Shown one piece after another: positions 62,500 to 64,000 of a DNA stretch of 64,000 bases. Each line of letters starts with the position of its first letter. Position 1 is the stretch's first letter. Source of the stretch: Isurus oxyrinchus. Lineage: Eukaryota. The position numbers and the translations under genes were made by a program. The stretch is from positions 3,348,001-3,412,000 of the forward strand of contig JANJGN010000052.1 of assembly GCA_026770705.1 (NCBI GenBank). Reading direction: 5' to 3'. The notes under the pieces were generated by a model that saw only the letters and a list, made by a program, of their open reading frames with translations, had not been told where the DNA came from and made no database searches.

Positions 62500-64000
62500 A
62501 ATCCATTTGGAATTCCATTGTCCAGGGCATTGTGTTAACTTGCTGAGTTTGTTTCAAATCTAACATCTATTTTTGGTCTGTTGCCTTAAAGGGAGTGTAA
62601 CTGGGAGTCAGGTTAATTAGGAATTTTAGGAGTTATTATAGCAGTCATTGTAGACTTACGTCTGTGCTTAAAATCTTTTATTTTGATGACAAATATTTTA
62701 ATTTATTTTTTTAAATCTCTAAAGATCTTGGTGGACTTATTGCTTCTGAATTCAGTGCACACATCTCATAATAAATAAAAAAATCAAGAATCATTATGAT
62801 CGTGTGACCACCTTTCTCTCATGGACTTGGTCTGCCTGGCACACATCACCTGCCAAGTGCTAACACTGTTGTAATATGCCTTTCAGGGACAGCAGCATGA
62901 CATCACTCGAGGGGAAGTGTGTCATGTGATTTTTCGGAACTGGGGTTGGCTTAAGGAAGCTCTCTGTGTATTTGTGTGCATTAGGCATAAGGTATATCTT
63001 TCAGTTCAAGTTTAGTTTGTATTTCTGTATTTGGGTGTTTTGAAAAGGGGGAACTTGAGTTTTGGTTTCACTTTGGAAGAAGCCACCTATCTAATGAGTT
63101 TTTATGACTCTTGAAGGGAAGTCAAAACAAACACAATGTAGAATAAACTGTGCTGTTGCCTAGTAACAGTGGTCCAGAGGGAAAGACCCACAGAGACCGA
63201 GAAAAACAGAAAAGTACTTTCAGTTCTGTTGAAAGGAGTTGCCAGGAGAAGCAGCAAAGGAGCGGGACAGATAGTCAGTCCCAAAGTAAAGATGAAGCCA
63301 AAACCATCGAGTGGAACAGGAGAAAGGGCCCAAGAAAACCTTCTTGTCAGATCTGGAAAAGGCCCTGTTAAGTGAAGTTAAGAGTGAGGAGCAGAAGAAG
63401 GCTTCAAGCATAAAGGCAGAAAGCAGCAGGACACAGACCTAAAGCAAAATAGGCTTGCGAGAAGCCAGAAGATCCTAGGAGACACCACAGGTTGGTGACT
63501 CATTACTACGGCCATGTGAAGCCATGGTGTTCCATTGACACGGCTGAGCATTGGAGAGACAGGGCGTGGAAGGAAGGCTGAATGCACGTGGCGATCCAGG
63601 GGGCAGGAACATGGGAAGGAGAGTTTGAAATAGTGAAAGTGGACCCTTGTGGAAGGTGTCTGAGTGAAAGTGTCATGTTGGAGAAGATTCCAAAGCGAGT
63701 TCTTGGAGAGTGGAGATTGGAAACCCTCATATGGATATCTCAGTTCAGTGAGACTGGTTGGCTCACAGTGTAACAAGCGTCTGGGGTCTGATGAGGAGGG
63801 AGACATAGCATTTGTTCCAAGTGGGTTCTGTCAGTTTCTTTCAGAATGTGGTGTCCCTGACCCCAGGTCGTCTATTGGTTTACATCGACTGTGCACTTAG
63901 TGTGAACATGAGAGTATAAGATAGCTATTGTAACATGTGTTCTACTTATGAATCTGCAAAGGTATAGGTCTGGGTGAAGGAGTAATGTAATATAGTTTGT
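62500..64000 (+). mobile_element. LTR-like sequences (partial LTR to ~62865, a second element from ~62870)
   Basis: 62580-62865 resembles the reverse of 17672-17960; the assignment of the remainder is tentative. Confidence 0.45.

Overview
Vertebrate genomic DNA with assembly gaps. The repeat content (33-bp SINE-derived satellite, CR1/L2 LINEs, Penelope elements) points to a cartilaginous fish (shark); this is an inference. All recognisable genes lie on the minus strand. (1) A three-exon hepcidin (HAMP) gene that the ORF track misses: CDS complement(join(2602..2718,5127..5183,7095..7187)), an 88-aa prepropeptide. Its 29-aa, 8-Cys mature peptide is atypical, and its promoter carries a TATA box, a GGCGCC BMP-response element and C/EBP-like sites. 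(2) A truncated Siglec pseudogene ('C') whose V exon is fused to a Gypsy remnant. (3) Siglec-like gene 'A' (18863-45217): signal exon, two V-set exons (the first frameshifted), Siglec domain 2, nine near-identical C2 exons (one with a dead splice acceptor), a TM exon and a tail with an ITIM-like motif and an ITSM. (4) Its short paralog 'B' (51266 to beyond 62240; signal exon outside the window): V-V-C2-TM-tail. The rest is satellites, microsatellites, LINE fragments, solo LTRs and a Penelope composite with hammerhead-like motifs. Gene models were built by hand from splice signals and reading phase; no transcript evidence was available.
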